A stretch of DNA of 64,000 nucleotides, from assembly GCA_965197645.1 (NCBI GenBank), contig OZ240219.1, forward strand, positions 2,848,001 to 2,912,000, given 5' to 3'. Positions 42,212-53,578 of the stretch are shown piece after piece. Under the pieces are notes generated by a model. The model had not been told where the DNA came from, did not search any database, and saw nothing but the letters and a program-made list of their open reading frames with translations. The stretch comes from Dehalococcoidia bacterium (lineage in GTDB: Bacteria > Chloroflexota > Dehalococcoidia > Plut-88900). Numbering within the stretch: the stretch's first letter is position 1; every line of letters begins with the position of its first letter. The position numbers were made by a program, and so were the translations under genes.

Positions 42212-43363
42212 ATGATCACCGTCCTCCTCTTCCTAGTCGTAATCAGTGTCCTCATCGTCATCCACGAGCTGGGCCACTTCTTCGCAGCCAAGGCCTTCGG
42301 AGTCCGGGTCGAGGAGTTCGCCATCGGGTTCCCTCCCCGTCTCTGGAGCGTTACCAGAGGCGAGACCCGCTACTCCATCAACGCTCTGCCTCTGGGAGGT
42401 TATGTAAAGCTCACTGGTGAGGAGGACCCCACCGATCCCCGCAGCCTGGCCGGCCGCCGTGCCCGCGTCCGGGCGACCATCATCGGGGCCGGCGTAGTCA
42501 TGAACTTCGTCCTCACCATCCTGCTTTTCATGGTCTTCTTCACCTTTCCTCCCTCGGTCGTCGATGCCCAGGTAGTGATAGGGGGCGTGAACCCTGGCTC
42601 CCCTGCCGCGCAGTCCGGCCTCCTGCCCAGAGACGTAGTTGTCATGACCGATGCAGAGATCAAACTGGGCGATCTTTCATCCGACCCTGTTCAACTCGAC
42701 GGTGATGATCCGGTCATCCAATACGACGGCACACCTGTGAATACTATTAACGATGTCATCACCTATACCAAGGCGAACCTGGGCAGCGAGATATCCCTCC
42801 TGGTTATGCGCAGTCTGGACGGGGTCGAGAGGCCCCTCATCGTTCGAATGGTGCCTCGGCGCTTCCCGCCGCCGGAGGAGGGCCCCGACAGCCACCTGGG
42901 CGTGCTCATAGGCACAACCGGCGGACGGATAGTCTCCAACTTCGATCCCAGCCTCGGCGTCATCCCGGAAAGCTTCAAGCAGGTCTACAACTTCATCACC
43001 ACTCTGGGGACGTCTATCGATAACATCTTCACCACGGAAGAGGGTCGCGACGGCATAGCAGGGCCCATCGGCATAGCCCAGGTCACCGGCGAGGTGGCCC
43101 GCAACGGCGTCCTGCCCCTCATCGGGTTCGTTGGAATCCTCAGCCTCCACCTGGCCATATTCAACATCCTGCCCATTCCGGCCTTGGACGGGGGCCGGAT
43201 GCTCTTCCTGGTCATAGAGGTGGTCCGGGGAGGCAAACGCGTCCCACCCCAACGAGAGGCACTGATTCACCTCGCAGGCTTCATGTTTCTCATCGCGCTG
43301 ATTATAATAATCAGCGGAAATGACATCCTGCGAATCATTCGCGGAGAAGACATCCTACAGTAG
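42212..43363 (+). CDS. rseP: Site-2 membrane metalloprotease RseP (M50, PDZ)
   Basis: HELGH, PLGGYV and [11 protein letters not shown] motifs. Confidence 0.93.
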   Translation: MITVLLFLVVISVLIVIHELGHFFAAKAFGVRVEEFAIGFPPRLWSVTRGETRYSINALPLGGYVKLTGEEDPTDPRSLAGRRARVRATIIGAGVVMNFVLTILLFMVFFTFPPSVVDAQVVIGGVNPGSPAAQSGLLPRDVVVMTDAEIKLGDLSSDPVQLDGDDPVIQYDGTPVNTINDVITYTKANLGSEISLLVMRSLDGVERPLIVRMVPRRFPPPEEGPDSHLGVLIGTTGGRIVSNFDPSLGVIPESFKQVYNFITTLGTSIDNIFTTEEGRDGIAGPIGIAQVTGEVARNGVLPLIGFVGILSLHLAIFNILPIPALDGGRMLFLVIEVVRGGKRVPPQREALIHLAGFMFLIALIIIISGNDILRIIRGEDILQ

Positions 43364-43392
43364 CCCTTTACATCTCTCAGAGGTTATACGAC

Positions 43393-44601
43393 TTGAGTAA
43401 CAGTCCGACAAAAGTAGTAGACGTAGGCGGCGTTCCCATCGGAGGCGACAACCCCATCGTCGTCCAGTCTATGACCGATACCGATACCGCCGACATCGAC
43501 GCCACAGTTGCCCAGGTCAAGCTCCTTGCCGACGCCGGCAGCGAACTGGTCCGAGTGACCGTCAACAACGATGCCGCCGCAGCGGCCGTCCCCGAGATCC
43601 GCAAGCGCCTAGACGACCAGGGCTACGCCGTGCCCCTCATCGGCGACTTTCATTTTATCGGCCATCGTCTACTTCGCTCCCACCCCGACTGCGCCCAGAC
43701 CCTTGCCAAGCTCCGCATCAATCCCGGTAACGTCGGTCGCGGCGTCCGCCGGGACGAGAACTTCAGCACCTTCATAGAGGTAGCTCGGGACCTGGATAAA
43801 CCGGTCCGTATAGGGGTCAACGCCGGAAGCCTCGATCCCGAGCTTCTCGGCCGCAAGATGGATGCTAACGCTGGGCGTTCCGATCCCCTTTCCGCCGACG
43901 AAGTGGAGCGAGAGGCCCTCGTCGAGAGCGCCCTGGCCAGCGCCGAAGCCGCCGTGGACCTGGGGCTGCCGGAAAACAGGATCATACTATCCTGCAAGGT
44001 CTCCCGTTTACCCCAGATGGTGGAGGCCTACCGGACCCTTTCCCGCTCCAGTGATCTTCCCCTGCACCTAGGCCTGACCGAGGCCGGCATGGGCGCCAAG
44101 GGCATCGTCGTCACCACCGCAGCCCTATCCACCCTCCTTTACGAAGGAATCGGAGACACCATCAGGTCCAGCCTGACCCCCGAGCCCGGCGGAGACCGGG
44201 CCAGAGAGGTGCGGCTGTGCCAGGAGATACTACAATCCCTGGAGATTCGCTCCTTCCGACCCGCCGTTACCGCCTGCCCCGGTTGTGGCCGCACCACCTC
44301 ATCGCTGTTCCGGGAGCTTGCTCGGGATATCCAGGCCCACCTGGATGAGAAGATGCCCCAGTGGAAGTCCGGTTACCCGGGCAGCGAGGCCCTCAAGGTG
44401 GCGGTGATGGGCTGCGTTGTAAACGGTCCCGGCGAGTCCAAGAACGCCGACATCGGCATCTCACTGCCAGGCACCGGGGAGGCGCCCCGCGCTCCCGTCT
44501 TCATCAATGGTCAACGCTCCACCTTCCTCCAGGGCGCCACCATCGCCACTGATTTCATTCAACTGGTCGAGGACTACGTCCAGTCCCGCTGGGGCGCTTA
44601 G
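43393..44601 (+). CDS. ispG: HMBPP synthase
   Basis: [28 protein letters not shown] and [10 protein letters not shown] motifs. Confidence 0.96.
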   Translation: MSNSPTKVVDVGGVPIGGDNPIVVQSMTDTDTADIDATVAQVKLLADAGSELVRVTVNNDAAAAAVPEIRKRLDDQGYAVPLIGDFHFIGHRLLRSHPDCAQTLAKLRINPGNVGRGVRRDENFSTFIEVARDLDKPVRIGVNAGSLDPELLGRKMDANAGRSDPLSADEVEREALVESALASAEAAVDLGLPENRIILSCKVSRLPQMVEAYRTLSRSSDLPLHLGLTEAGMGAKGIVVTTAALSTLLYEGIGDTIRSSLTPEPGGDRAREVRLCQEILQSLEIRSFRPAVTACPGCGRTTSSLFRELARDIQAHLDEKMPQWKSGYPGSEALKVAVMGCVVNGPGESKNADIGISLPGTGEAPRAPVFINGQRSTFLQGATIATDFIQLVEDYVQSRWGA

Positions 44602-45278
44602 CTCTCGCCTTCTTGCCTGATCAGCTCCTCCTTCACCGTCTGCGGAAAATCGGATACTATCCCGTCCGGCCTCATTCCCATCGCCGCTATCACTTCCTCC
44701 TCACTCTCGCTCCCCCAAACAAACGCCAGGTACCCGGCCCGCCGAATGCCCCTGATACGCTCAGCGGAAGCGTGAGGGAACCTGACACCGACCCCCTGCC
44801 CGCCCACCGACTCCAGCACTTTCTCCAGACCTCCGGGAGGCACATCGGTAATCAGGCCACGCCTCAGTTCCGGCGCCAGCTCGGCCACCTTTGCGATCAA
44901 CCGGGGATCAAAGGAGCTTATAGACACGTCCTCCGGCTTCGCCCAGGCCCCGACCACTTCCAGGAACCTCTGGACCGATCGTATGGAGTGCAGGTCCAGC
45001 ATCATCCTCGTCCGGCCGATGCACCTCTCCAATGTCTCCTCCAGCGTCGGAATCCGATACTCCCCTTCCAGCCTCGCAGCCCGCACCTGCTCCAGGGATA
45101 ACAGGCCCACCTCGGCGCCCTGCAGGGTTGGTTCGTGATAGATGACGAACCGGCCGTCCGATGTCTCCTGGACGTCGCACTCAATCCCATCCACCCCCAG
45201 CTCGATGGCCGCCTCGAACGCCTCCAGAGTGTTATCGGGAAACCGCTTGCTCCACCCTCTGTGTGCTATGTTCAGCAT
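44598..45278 (-). CDS. Glycerophosphodiester phosphodiesterase family protein
   Basis: IAHRG, NTLEAF, IECDV and IPTLEE motifs; ATG 45278 is the likely start. Confidence 0.88.
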   Translation of the reverse strand: MLNIAHRGWSKRFPDNTLEAFEAAIELGVDGIECDVQETSDGRFVIYHEPTLQGAEVGLLSLEQVRAARLEGEYRIPTLEETLERCIGRTRMMLDLHSIRSVQRFLEVVGAWAKPEDVSISSFDPRLIAKVAELAPELRRGLITDVPPGGLEKVLESVGGQGVGVRFPHASAERIRGIRRAGYLAFVWGSESEEEVIAAMGMRPDGIVSDFPQTVKEELIRQEGES

Positions 45279-45401
45279 CCAACATACCGCCTTGGCCGGT
45301 GTTGCTCCTATAATACCTCTCTGCGGAGGTGTTACAATTGAGCGGCCCAGCCGGCCGGCCACTGTAAGCGATCAGGAAGACCGTATGAGAATGTCCCGCC
45401 C

Positions 45402-47105
45402 ATGAAAATGTCGAGAATGTTCGGCAAGACCCTTCGCCAGGACCCGTCCGAGGCTGAGACCGTCAGCCACAGCCTGATGCTGAAGGCCGGAATGATCCAT
45501 CAGGTCTCCTCGGGGGTCTACAGCTACATGCCTCTGGCGTGGCGAGTGCTGCGGAACATCGAGCAGGTCATCCGCGAGGAGATGAACGCCTCCGGAGGCG
45601 AAGAGGTGCGCATGCCCGTCGTTCAGCCCCGGGAGCTGTGGGAAGCCACGGGCCGGGTCGAAGCCATGGGCGACACACTCTTCACCCTCAACGACCGGCG
45701 CGAACGACCGCTCGTGCTTGCTCCGACCCACGAAGAGGTCATCACCCAGATGGCAAAGCAGCACGTCCACAGCTACAAGGATCTCCCGCTGCTTCCCTAC
45801 CAGATCCAGACCAAGTTCCGCGATGAACCTCGACCCCGAGGTGGGCTCCTTCGGGTGCGGGAGTTCGACATGAAGGACCTATACAGCATGGACCTGGACC
45901 AGGAGGGCCTGGACGTCAGCTATCAGAAGATGATGAAGGCCTACTTCAACATCTACTCCCGGTGCGGTCTCCCGTCCATGGCAGTAGAGGCCGATAGCGG
46001 GGCCATAGGAGGCAAGGACTCCCACGAGTTCATCCTCGTTGCCGACAGCGGCGAGGACCTGGTCATCCAGTGCCAGAGCTGCGGATACGCCGCCAACCTG
46101 GAGCGGGCCGCCAGCGTGAAATCGGACCAGCCCGACGAGGAGCCGTTGCCCCTGGAGGAGGTCTCCACCCCCGGCGTCGGCACCATAGCGGGTCTCGCCG
46201 ACTTCGTGGGAGTACCCGAGAGCAAGACCCTGAAGGCCGTGTTCTACAGCGCCGACGGCAAGGTGGTCTTCGTCGTCATTCGCGGCGACCTGGAGGTCAA
46301 CGAGATCAAGCTCAAGAACCTGCTCCACGCCAACGACCTTCGCCTCGCCACCGACGATGAGGTCAAGGCCGCCGGTCTGGTGGCCGGTTCCGCCTCGCCC
46401 ATAGGCATAACCGACCTCAACAGGGTGGCGGACGATTCCATCACCAAGGGCGCCAACTTCGTGGTCGGCGCCAACAAGCCCGATACACACCTGAAGAACG
46501 CCAACTACCCCCGGGACTTCCAGGTGGACGTCATGACCGATATCTCCGAGGCCCAGGAAGGGCACGGCTGCCCCCAGTGCAGCAATCCGCTTTCGATAAC
46601 GCGGGGCATCGAGGTGGGTCACATATTCAAGCTGGGCACCTTCTACAGCGAGGCACTGGGGGCCCACTATCTGGACCGGAGCGGACAGCTGCAGCCCATC
46701 GTGATGGGGTGCTACGGCATCGGGGTCGGCAGGCTGATGGCCGCCGCCATCGAGCAGAACCATGATGACGCCGGCATCATCTGGCCCGTTCCCATCGCTC
46801 CGTACGGCGTCCACATCTGCGCACTATCCGCCGATAAACAGGAGGTCAGTGATTCCGCCGGCAACCTGTACGATCGGCTCCAGTCCGAGGGGATCGAGAC
46901 CCTCTACGACGACCGCGAAGAGTCTCCCGGCGTCAAGTTCAACGATGCCGATCTGTTGGGAATGCCCATTCGCCTGACAGTAAGCCCGAGAAATCTCAAG
47001 TCGGGTAGCGTCGAGCTCAAACAGCGGCACGAAAAGGAGGCCATTATGGTTGGGCACGAAGAGGTGGTGCAAAGGGTTAAGGAGCTGCTGGCTGACCATC
47101 GTTGA
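45402..47105 (+). CDS. proS: Proline--tRNA ligase (bacterial type, with editing domain)
   Basis: LAPTHEE, KFRDEPRPRGGLLRVREF, GIEVGHIF and MGCYGIG motifs. Confidence 0.97.
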   Translation: MKMSRMFGKTLRQDPSEAETVSHSLMLKAGMIHQVSSGVYSYMPLAWRVLRNIEQVIREEMNASGGEEVRMPVVQPRELWEATGRVEAMGDTLFTLNDRRERPLVLAPTHEEVITQMAKQHVHSYKDLPLLPYQIQTKFRDEPRPRGGLLRVREFDMKDLYSMDLDQEGLDVSYQKMMKAYFNIYSRCGLPSMAVEADSGAIGGKDSHEFILVADSGEDLVIQCQSCGYAANLERAASVKSDQPDEEPLPLEEVSTPGVGTIAGLADFVGVPESKTLKAVFYSADGKVVFVVIRGDLEVNEIKLKNLLHANDLRLATDDEVKAAGLVAGSASPIGITDLNRVADDSITKGANFVVGANKPDTHLKNANYPRDFQVDVMTDISEAQEGHGCPQCSNPLSITRGIEVGHIFKLGTFYSEALGAHYLDRSGQLQPIVMGCYGIGVGRLMAAAIEQNHDDAGIIWPVPIAPYGVHICALSADKQEVSDSAGNLYDRLQSEGIETLYDDREESPGVKFNDADLLGMPIRLTVSPRNLKSGSVELKQRHEKEAIMVGHEEVVQRVKELLADHR

Positions 47106-47167
47106 CCGCCCCCCTAGCTTCTGCCCCGTTCCCTGGTGGTATATAATCCTATCAAGGGAGAGAGCCA

Positions 47168-48304
47168 ATGCGCTTCGATAGCACCCTCTACTACCACTTC
47201 GGCGAAGAGTACGAGTGGGAGACCCTGATCGGGGAGTTTCGGGAGTGGGTCGGCATGTTGGACCAGGGTGGCTTCACCACCGCCTGGATGGCCGAGCACC
47301 ACTTCCACTGGGACGGCTGGACACGAGCCCCCACCAACCCCATACTGCTCGGCTCGGGCCTGATCTCCGAGACCAAGAACATCCGCATAGGTCAATGCGG
47401 AGTGATCCTGCCCGACTGGCATCCCATCCGCGTCGCCGAGGACATCGCCCTGCTGGACCACCTAACCAAGGGCCGCATCGAGTTCGGCATAGCCCGAGGT
47501 TTCGATAACCGGGCGTCCAAGCAGTTCAACGTCAACGCCGATAGACAGAACCCCAAGCTCAACTTCGCCCTCTTCGCCGAGAGCCTGGACGTGGTCCTGA
47601 AGGCTTGGAAAGAGGACGTATTCACCTTCGATGGCGAGTTCTACAAGTTCCCGGTGCCGGGTTGGAAGGAGAACAACCCCGTAACCTACGACCCGGTGTA
47701 TCACAACCCGGACGGCCAGCTCAAAGCCTTCAATGTGCTTCCCAAGCCCTACCAGAAACCCCATCCTCCCATATTCCAGATGGCCGATTCGGAAGGGTCC
47801 CACAAGTTTGCCGGTTCAAGGGGTATCGGCACCATATGCATGTGGAGCACCACGTCCAAGATGAACCAGCTCAGGGACATTCATCGCGCCGCCGTAAAGC
47901 AAGCGGGAGCGGAGCAGCCCCACGGCGAGCATCTGGCCGTGATGAGACCCACCTACGTAGCCGAGACCTACGAGGAAGCGGTCAACGACACCCGATGGGG
48001 CATGAACCTCCGACAGAATTTCTCCGGCGGCAACGAGTGGAGAAGGACCATGGGCGCCGGAGAGCTGACCAACGACGATCTGAACAAAGACGCCCTGGAT
48101 TTCTACCTGGAGAACGATCTCGTATTCGTAGGTTCCCCCGAATCGGTTGGGGACCAGATCGAAAGGTTAATCGCCGAGACGGACTGCCGGCACCTGGCTC
48201 TGTTCCACAACACCCCCGGCCTCACCTTCGATAAGGTGAAGCGCAGCCTGTCTCTCTTCGCCGAGAAGGTTATCCCTCGCTTCCAGGACGCCAACGGGGG
48301 CTAG
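47168..48304 (+). CDS. LLM-class flavin-dependent oxidoreductase
   Basis: WMAEHHF, HPIRVAEDIALLDHL, PKPYQKPHPP and VGSPESV motifs. Confidence 0.9.
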   Translation: MRFDSTLYYHFGEEYEWETLIGEFREWVGMLDQGGFTTAWMAEHHFHWDGWTRAPTNPILLGSGLISETKNIRIGQCGVILPDWHPIRVAEDIALLDHLTKGRIEFGIARGFDNRASKQFNVNADRQNPKLNFALFAESLDVVLKAWKEDVFTFDGEFYKFPVPGWKENNPVTYDPVYHNPDGQLKAFNVLPKPYQKPHPPIFQMADSEGSHKFAGSRGIGTICMWSTTSKMNQLRDIHRAAVKQAGAEQPHGEHLAVMRPTYVAETYEEAVNDTRWGMNLRQNFSGGNEWRRTMGAGELTNDDLNKDALDFYLENDLVFVGSPESVGDQIERLIAETDCRHLALFHNTPGLTFDKVKRSLSLFAEKVIPRFQDANGG

Positions 48305-48390
48305 AGCACCGTCGTCTCTGGCCGCTCAATCTGTCCGAGCCATCCTGAGGAATCTCTGGAACTGACCCGTTTTTCGAGTCAGTGTGGAAT

Positions 48391-48460
48391 GGACGGACGT
48401 CTTTGTCCCACCCACCCGCGGAAGGTTTTACAATTGGGGGCACATCCCCCAAGCCCCCGC
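48391..48460 (+). repeat. Dispersed intergenic repeat, copy 3 (partial)
   Basis: GGACGGACGTCTT...TTGGGGGCACATCCCCCAAGCCCC shares its core with 13240, 19116-19202 and 57505. Confidence 0.65.
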
Positions 48461-48571
48461 AGGTGGAAAGACTGACGCTAACCTTCCCCGACGGTTGCGT
48501 AGCCGAACCCCGACCTGCCATTGAGGAAAAGAAACCCTCTGGAATCCCTCAATGCGGGATTCTAAGCAGGA

Positions 48572-49417
48572 TCAGGCCACAAACTTGGCGTACCTGTCCA
48601 GCAGCGGCTCCACCTGCTCCCGCTCCTCCGAGGGCAGGCTGAAGATGAGCCTGTCCACACCAATCTCGCCGAGCTTGCCTATCTCATCTTGGTCAGGCGC
48701 CGTCCCGAATATGGAGATCTTCACCGAGTCCTTGGCCCTACCCGCTTCTTCCAGCCGCCGGTGCAGCTCCGCTATCTTTCCGGGCAGCACGTCGACATAC
48801 CCGTCTCCTCTTCCTATCGGCACCCATCCCTCGCAGTAGTCCACGACCCTATCAAACGTGGTCGGTCCATCACCGCCCATGATCACCGGCGGATGGGGTT
48901 GCTGGACCGGCTTGGGGTGGGACCAGACCGGATCGAAGTCAACGTAGTCGCCGTGATATTCCGCCTCTTCCTTGGTCCACATCTCCTTCATCGCCAGTAC
49001 CCGTTCCCGGAGCACCCGCCACCTAGATTTGTAGGACACGCCCTGGTTCTCTATCTCCTCGACGTTCCAGCCGCCGCCGATCCCGAACAGCACCCGCCCG
49101 CCCGATAGCCGGTCCAGGCTCGCTACCTCCTTGGCCGTCGTAATTGGGTCCCGCTGGATGAGCAGACAGATGCCCGTCGCCAGCTTCAGATTCGTCGTCA
49201 CCGAGGCCGCGGCCGTCAATGCCACGAACGGATCGTAGGCGTGCCAGTACTGCTTCGGCAGGTCGCCTCCGCCGGGAAAGGCCGTCTCTCGGCTGGCCGG
49301 TATGTGGGTGTGCTCCGGCAGCCAGAGGGAATCGAAGCCCCGCTCCTCTACCAGCCTCGCCAGATCGTCGGGCCGAATAGCGTAGTCCGTGGCGAACATG
49401 CTGATGCCGTATAACAT
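48572..49417 (-). CDS. LLM-class, probably F420-dependent, oxidoreductase
   Basis: GFDSLWLPEHTHIP, DPFVAL, AKEVASLDRLSGGR and PKPVQQPHPP motifs; AGGAGG RBS before ATG 49417. Confidence 0.88.
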   Translation of the reverse strand: MLYGISMFATDYAIRPDDLARLVEERGFDSLWLPEHTHIPASRETAFPGGGDLPKQYWHAYDPFVALTAAASVTTNLKLATGICLLIQRDPITTAKEVASLDRLSGGRVLFGIGGGWNVEEIENQGVSYKSRWRVLRERVLAMKEMWTKEEAEYHGDYVDFDPVWSHPKPVQQPHPPVIMGGDGPTTFDRVVDYCEGWVPIGRGDGYVDVLPGKIAELHRRLEEAGRAKDSVKISIFGTAPDQDEIGKLGEIGVDRLIFSLPSEEREQVEPLLDRYAKFVA

Positions 49418-49758
49418 AGCTCCTCCTGCTTTAACGATCTTTGTCACGCTACGAGGATACACCCGAAAGCAGGCCCTTTAAAGACCGGCTCCGTATGATC
49501 GCTCTGTCTTACGTTGGGGCGGTCCCGGGTTTTGCCTCCGGGCCACCCTCACCCTTTCAGTCCGGTTCCCCGCGGTAGTATCATTCGCAAGTGAGTCTAC
49601 TTCAGACTACCGCATCGAGGAAGCCCAGACGGTTTCTCTCCTTTCATGGCCGACCTCGATTCGACGGCACAACCGACCGTGAACGTCGATACCTCCGTTT
49701 CCCACTGGGAGGGCCGGGGCAATGACCTCCAAGGGCGACGGAGCCGTAGGAGCGAACT

Positions 49759-50931
49759 TTGAAACGTAGCGCGGACGTGGTGATAGTAGGCGGGGGCATC
49801 GTGGGATGCGCTTGCGCTTACTTCCTCAGCCAGGAGGGCGCCAAGGTCATTATCGTGGAACGAGACCGGATCGGAGGCGGCGCTACCGGTCACTCTCCCG
49901 GCGGCTTTGGTATCTCCCTCGCCTACTTCGAGCCACCGGAGCACGCCCGGTTCATGCGTCAGGGCATCAATCTCCTGAAGTGGATAGCTCCCAGGGTGGC
50001 CGAAGATGCGGATATCGATATCCTGATGCGAGAGGTGCCACGGCTGGAGGTGGCTCGTTCCGAGGATACCTGGGGGTACATCAAGGAATGGGCCCCCAGG
50101 GTAGGCATGCTGCGCCTGGATGCCGATGAGGTGATGCGCCTGGAACCCCGGCTCGGCCCGCCCGTCTACGGCGGGGCAGTGCAGGAAGGCGCCGGCCAAG
50201 TCGATGCCTACAGGCTGAACCTCGCCTTTGCCAAAGCCGCAGAGATTCAGGGCGCCAAGGTAACTATCGATGAGGTAACCGGACTGGACAGATCGGGAGG
50301 CAAAGTAACAGGTGTCAGGGGCTCCACGGACACCATAAGCTGCGATAATGTGGTCCTCGCCATGGGGGCTTGGACGGACAAAGCGGAACGGTGGGTCGAT
50401 TTCCCCCTGCCCATCGGCCCTCTCAAAGGCGAGATCCTTGCCCTCAAACCGGACAAAGTCACCCACTGGCCCTTCTGGGTCATGAGCGAGGAGAAGGATG
50501 AGAACGGTCAGGAGGTGCCCGTTTTCGTCCACATGCGCGCCGACGGAATCATCCACACCGGCGTTACGGTGGAGCCTGGTCTCTACGACGACACTCCCAC
50601 CGAGGCTGGACGAAGAGGGATGATGGACAGAGCGCTTCGGCTGATGCCCTGCCTATCCGATGCCGAGCTGGTCGGACACACGGCAGGCCCCCGTCCCAAC
50701 CCGCCCGACGGCACTACCGTAATCGGTCCCGTTCCGGGTGTGGAAGGCGCCTTCGTCGCTGCCAGCCTTCCTGGGATCATCAACAGCGCCATCATGGGCC
50801 GTACCATCGCAGACCTGATCTACGATCGCCCTTTCCTGGCGCCCATCGATTCTTTCCTGCCAGCCCTACTCATCGATGCTCCCCAGACCAGGTACGGTCA
50901 CGGCCGGCAGATCGAAAACCGCTCGGTGTAA
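49759..50931 (+). CDS. FAD-dependent oxidoreductase, DAO/glycine oxidase family
   Basis: DVVIVGGGIVG, GGGATG, VVLAMGAW and GPRP motifs. Confidence 0.88.
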   Translation: MKRSADVVIVGGGIVGCACAYFLSQEGAKVIIVERDRIGGGATGHSPGGFGISLAYFEPPEHARFMRQGINLLKWIAPRVAEDADIDILMREVPRLEVARSEDTWGYIKEWAPRVGMLRLDADEVMRLEPRLGPPVYGGAVQEGAGQVDAYRLNLAFAKAAEIQGAKVTIDEVTGLDRSGGKVTGVRGSTDTISCDNVVLAMGAWTDKAERWVDFPLPIGPLKGEILALKPDKVTHWPFWVMSEEKDENGQEVPVFVHMRADGIIHTGVTVEPGLYDDTPTEAGRRGMMDRALRLMPCLSDAELVGHTAGPRPNPPDGTTVIGPVPGVEGAFVAASLPGIINSAIMGRTIADLIYDRPFLAPIDSFLPALLIDAPQTRYGHGRQIENRSV

Positions 50932-50977
50932 CCTGTTCATAGGCGCTTTCAATGCTGGAGTTGAACGGAGATAGAAC

Positions 50978-52147
50978 GTGAAACGCAGTGCAGACGTAGT
51001 AATCGTAGGTGGAGGCATCGTAGGGTGCTCATGCGCCTATTTCCTCAGCCGGGAAGGGGCCAAAGTCGTCATTGTAGAGCGAGACGGCATCGGGAGCGGC
51101 GCGTCAGGCCACGGCGCAGGAGGTTTCGGGGTGCCCCTCCACTACAACGAGCCCATCGAGCACGCCCGGTTCATGAAGCAGGCCGTCAACTTCCTGAAGT
51201 GGATGGCGCCGCGGGTCGCCGAAGAGGCCGGCATCGATGTCCTGTGGAGGGAGATGCCCTGGCTCGAGGTCGCCCGCACCGAGCCCACACTGGGCTACAT
51301 GAAGGAATGGGCCCCCAGCCTCGGGCACGAGGTATTGGGCGCCGATGAGGTCCGACGTCTGGAGCCCCGCCTGTCTCCTGCAGTCTTCGGCGGCGTAGTA
51401 GTCGAGGGTAACGGCCAGGTCGACTCCTACCGGCTCACCCTGGCCTATGCGCGAGGCGCAGAAAGCAATGGTGCGGAAGTCGTCATCGAAGAAGCCGTTA
51501 ACCTCCGCCGGACGGGAGGAAAGGTGACCGCAGTAGATACCGCGGCAGGCCTCATCGAGTGCGACAGCGTGGTCCTGACCATGGGCGCCTGGATGAACAG
51601 TGCAGGACCCTGGGCCGAATTCCCCCTTCCCATCTCCCCCTTGAAGGGAGAGCTTCTTCTCCTAGATTATCCGGGCAGCGAATACTGGCCCTACTGGGTC
51701 GTGGGCTACGACACCTCGCCCGGCGAGGAGCTGTCCACCTACCTGCATATGCGCGCCGACGGTGTACTATCCGCGGGCAGCACCACCGAGCCAGGCCTGT
51801 ACGACAGCACCCCCACCGAGAAGGCACGGAACGGGATCATGCAACGGGCCGTCCGCCTCATGCCCGGAGTAGCCGAATCCCAGCTCTCCGGTCACGTGGC
51901 CGGGCCTCGCCCCAGCCCCCCGGACGGCACCACCGTCCTCGGTCCAATCCCCGGCTGGGAAGGGCTCTACGCCGCTGTCTCCGCACCCGGCATCATGTGC
52001 AGCGCTTTCATGGGCAACATGATCAAAGACCTTATCTACGACAACCCGCTCCTGTTCCCCATCGAACCCCTGCATCCCAGAAAGCTGACCGAGCCGGTCA
52101 AGGAGCGCTACGGCTACCGGAGGTTCCTCCCCGACCCGGTGATCTAG
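50978..52147 (+). CDS. FAD-dependent oxidoreductase, DAO/glycine oxidase family (tandem paralog)
   Basis: Colinear with the upstream gene; identical N-terminus MKRSADVVIVGGGIVGC. Confidence 0.88.
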   Translation: MKRSADVVIVGGGIVGCSCAYFLSREGAKVVIVERDGIGSGASGHGAGGFGVPLHYNEPIEHARFMKQAVNFLKWMAPRVAEEAGIDVLWREMPWLEVARTEPTLGYMKEWAPSLGHEVLGADEVRRLEPRLSPAVFGGVVVEGNGQVDSYRLTLAYARGAESNGAEVVIEEAVNLRRTGGKVTAVDTAAGLIECDSVVLTMGAWMNSAGPWAEFPLPISPLKGELLLLDYPGSEYWPYWVVGYDTSPGEELSTYLHMRADGVLSAGSTTEPGLYDSTPTEKARNGIMQRAVRLMPGVAESQLSGHVAGPRPSPPDGTTVLGPIPGWEGLYAAVSAPGIMCSAFMGNMIKDLIYDNPLLFPIEPLHPRKLTEPVKERYGYRRFLPDPVI

Positions 52148-52282
52148 CCTCTTGCATCGGGAAACCGGCTGGCAAATGTTGTGCTAGGGAACAACCATCT
52201 CCACATCTTGAGCGTGGCCTCCTGCCTTGACACCCTCACCACCTTGGACTACCTTCTTCCTATCAACCGGAGGTGGTGAACC

Positions 52283-53578
52283 ATGAAAGTACTAACCGGC
52301 GCTACCCTCATTGACGGCACCGGCGGCCCCATCCAACCCAACGCCGCCGTGGTCATAGACGGCGAGAAGATACTCGACGTGGGGCCGGCGGAAGCCGTCG
52401 CCTACCCTCCCGATTCCGAGATCGAAGACGTCTCGGGCATGACCCTTCTCCCCGGCCTGATCGACTGCCATGATCACCTCGCCAGCCCCGGTATCCTCGG
52501 CCCCTTAGAGGCGGGCAAGTCCGGCGTCGGCTACACTCTGATGCAGGCCTGGGAGCTGGACGCGCCCTTCAGCCGCCGGATCCTGCAGACCGCCAAGAAT
52601 CTGAAAGACACCCTGGACATCGGGTACACCGCGGTGAGGGATGGCGGCGGTCTGGACATCGGGTTCAAGCAGGCCGTCGAAAACGGCCTCATCCCCGGCC
52701 CTCGACTGATGGCGAGCATTGAGATAATCTCACCAACGGGAGGCCTCGCCGATAGCGTCGCTCCCTCGGGTCACTGCCGGCCTGTGCCCATCAACCCCGC
52801 CCTCGGTTCCGGGGTCGCCGACGGGCCCGACGCCGTTCGCACCAAGGTCCGCGAAATGGCACGGAAGGGCGCCGACGTAATCAAGTTCGCTACCACCGGC
52901 GGGGCCAGCTCCCGACCGGGTCACGGCGCCCGGGACCAGGAGTACACCCTTGAAGAGGCCAGGACCTTGGTCGAAGAGGCCCACCTGTTGGGCAGGAGGG
53001 CCATGTGTCACGCCATCGGCGGTCCGGGCCTTCGAGTCGCTCTGGAGGCCGGCGCAGATACCATCGAGCACGGCGCCTACCTGGACGAGGATCCGGACTA
53101 CATGCGTATGATGGGCCACAACGGCGCTTTCTTCGTTCCCACCTTCACCGTGTACGTCTTCCATAAGGCCACGCCCACCCCCCACATCCGGCCCCGGGCC
53201 CAGGCCCTCTGGCCCCATCTCCAGAACAGCGTCGGCGAGGCGTTGGCGGCGGGCGTCAAGGTGGTGGCCGGCACCGATGCCGGAGGATACGTCCACGGCG
53301 ATAATGCCCAGGAACTCCAGTGCATGGTAGAAGCCGGCATGTCGACTATGCAGGCCATCCAGGCGGCAACCGGCTGGGCGGCCGAGTGTATCGGTATGGA
53401 GAAGGAGATCGGCACCGTCGAGAAGGGCAAGCTGGCCGATCTGGTCGTTGTAGATGGCGACCCTCTGGCCGATATCAGCGTTCTCCGCCGCCGAGAGAAC
53501 ATCAAGGTTGTGATGAAAGGCGGCGACGTTCACGTCGACCGGCGGGCCAAAACGCCTGCCAGAGTGGCCGTGGACTAG
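52283..53578 (+). CDS. Metal-dependent amidohydrolase (Xaa-Pro dipeptidase-like)
   Basis: LPGLIDCHDH, GADVIK, TIEHG, AGTDAG and GKLADLVV motifs. Confidence 0.9.
   Translation: MKVLTGATLIDGTGGPIQPNAAVVIDGEKILDVGPAEAVAYPPDSEIEDVSGMTLLPGLIDCHDHLASPGILGPLEAGKSGVGYTLMQAWELDAPFSRRILQTAKNLKDTLDIGYTAVRDGGGLDIGFKQAVENGLIPGPRLMASIEIISPTGGLADSVAPSGHCRPVPINPALGSGVADGPDAVRTKVREMARKGADVIKFATTGGASSRPGHGARDQEYTLEEARTLVEEAHLLGRRAMCHAIGGPGLRVALEAGADTIEHGAYLDEDPDYMRMMGHNGAFFVPTFTVYVFHKATPTPHIRPRAQALWPHLQNSVGEALAAGVKVVAGTDAGGYVHGDNAQELQCMVEAGMSTMQAIQAATGWAAECIGMEKEIGTVEKGKLADLVVVDGDPLADISVLRRRENIKVVMKGGDVHVDRRAKTPARVAVD

Noticed and set aside
49560-49758. Possible riboswitch in the long leader of the DAO-family genes
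   Set aside because: Short stems are possible, but I could not match glycine, TPP, SAM or cobalamin consensus motifs; an Rfam scan is needed.
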